From positions 43,462 to 107,461 of the forward strand of contig CAYYAM010000003.1 in assembly GCA_964469965.1 (NCBI GenBank): 64,000 nucleotides of DNA, written 5' to 3'. Origin of the DNA: an uncultured Muribaculaceae bacterium (GTDB lineage Bacteria > Bacteroidota > Bacteroidia > Bacteroidales > UBA932). The position numbers and the translations under genes are program-made. Under the pieces are notes generated by a model. That model was not told the origin of the DNA. It did no database searches and was given only the letters and a program-made list of their open reading frames with translations. Below are positions 62,701 to 64,000 of the stretch, in pieces (position 1 is the stretch's first letter; every line of letters starts with the position of its first letter).

Positions 62701-62902
62701 CGTTACTTTCGGATACACAGTTCCTTCTAAATATCTGAAGCAGCTTAACCTAACATCTGTTAGAGTATTTGCCACAGGTGACAACCTTGCAATGTTTGCA
62801 AAGAGAACAGGAATGGATCCTCAGCAGACTTTCGGAGGTACATCCGACCACACTTATATTCCTAATAAGATTATATCACTAGGACTTAACATTACATTTT
62901 AA
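59732..62902 (+). CDS. SusC/RagA-family TonB-dependent outer membrane transporter
   Basis: [54 protein letters not shown]; C-terminal F. Confidence 0.93.
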   Translation: [1056 protein letters not shown]

Positions 62903-62913
62903 TTAGAAGAACT

Positions 62914-64000
62914 ATGAAAAAAAATATACTAGTATTACTTTTACTGGCAACTCTGGGTATAGTCTCTTGTAACAAGGAATATTTGGAGACTGCACCAACA
63001 TCCAGTGTAGCAGAGGCCGACCTTTTCAAAACATTGACAGGAGCACAGACCCTACTCGAAGGTATACACCGTTTTGGGTATGTCTACGGAGGAGCACACG
63101 ACAAATTCGGACATACAGCAATTAATTATGCTATGGAGTGTCTTGGCGAAGATTTCTATCCAACCGAGAGGGGTTACGGATGGTTTGTATCTTGGTATCA
63201 ATACCTGGAGCACAGAAATGTAAACTCAACTAACTGTTTGTATCCATGGGATTTCTACTACGACATAATCAACAACTCAAATCTTCTTCTATCTAATATA
63301 GACAAGATTACAGTTTTTGATTCCGAGATTCCAAGAAGAAACAATATCAAAGCTCAAGCATTGGTTTACAGGGCACACTCTCACTACCAGCTTGTTCAGA
63401 TGTATGCCGACAGATACAATTTTGTTACTAAGAATAACACTCAGCTTGGTATTCCTATTAGAATTGAACCTGGTCAGCAGCCACTAGAGCGTTCATCTGT
63501 AGAGGCGGTTTATACTCAAATCAAGAAGGACCTTACAGATGCTATTGCTCTTCTTAATGGCAATACAGCTTCAAGAATCAATATGTCTCACATTCACTTC
63601 AATACTGCTAATGCAATAGCTGCAAGAGTAGCATTGACTACCGGTGACTGGGCAAATGCCGTAACTTATGCAAGAGCTGCAAGAACAGGAACAACACTTG
63701 AAGCAAACTATAACTATGGTTTCAACAAAGTTTCAACCGAGTGGATCTGGGGTGCGGTTCTGATAGATGAGCAGCAGACCAGCTACGCTTCGTTCTTCTC
63801 TCACATAGACCCTGCTTTCCAAGGATATGCAACATTGGGTAATCATAAGCTTCTTAGTACAGTAGTATTCGACTTCATGAGTGCTACCGATACTCGTAAA
63901 GCAGCTTTCAGAACAACCTCTGGCAAACCTCGCGTAGGTTGGAAATTTACAGGTAATGGCGGATGGACTAATGACTATCTGTACATTAAAGCGGGTGAAA
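62914..64000 (+). CDS. RagB/SusD-family lipoprotein, truncated by the window end; not in the ORF track
   Basis: Manual translation MKKNILVLLLLATLGIVSCNKEYLETAPTSS...WDFYYDIINNSN...QALVYRAHSHYQLVQMY; starts 11 nt after the susC stop. Confidence 0.88.
   Translation, partial: MKKNILVLLLLATLGIVSCNKEYLETAPTSSVAEADLFKTLTGAQTLLEGIHRFGYVYGGAHDKFGHTAINYAMECLGEDFYPTERGYGWFVSWYQYLEHRNVNSTNCLYPWDFYYDIINNSNLLLSNIDKITVFDSEIPRRNNIKAQALVYRAHSHYQLVQMYADRYNFVTKNNTQLGIPIRIEPGQQPLERSSVEAVYTQIKKDLTDAIALLNGNTASRINMSHIHFNTANAIAARVALTTGDWANAVTYARAARTGTTLEANYNYGFNKVSTEWIWGAVLIDEQQTSYASFFSHIDPAFQGYATLGNHKLLSTVVFDFMSATDTRKAAFRTTSGKPRVGWKFTGNGGWTNDYLYIKAGE

Noticed and set aside
1932-62784. Numerous 60-170 aa antisense or out-of-frame ORFs in the ORF track
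   Set aside because: Nearly all lie within or largely overlap well-supported genes and have no recognisable motifs, consistent with shadow ORFs.

Overview
A ~40% GC, gene-dense core-genome segment from an anaerobic Bacteroidota (Bacteroidales-like) organism. The assignment rests on the many TAnnTTTG sigma-A -7 promoter elements, the lack of Shine-Dalgarno motifs, two SusC/SusD pairs and the bamA-skp-skp-murI and bamD-rpoZ-coaBC-recN clusters. The window holds metY-metX, a three-gene [FeFe]-hydrogenase/H2-sensor/phosphatase cluster, methylmalonyl-CoA mutase, efp, tRNA-Phe(GAA), envelope and redox genes, a membrane pyrophosphatase and a korA-korB-NAD-type gdh cluster. I saw no mobile elements, CRISPR arrays or defence systems. 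The most striking signal is missing from the ORF track. A 39-codon leader ORF (1612-1731, minus strand) ending in FICHFSSMMMMRMHRSMHI lies between a canonical promoter and metY. Its AUG run is perfectly complementary (10 bp) to the metY translation-initiation region. This suggests ribosome-stalling, methionine-sensing attenuation in place of a SAM riboswitch. All functional calls come from motif recognition by eye; no searches were run.
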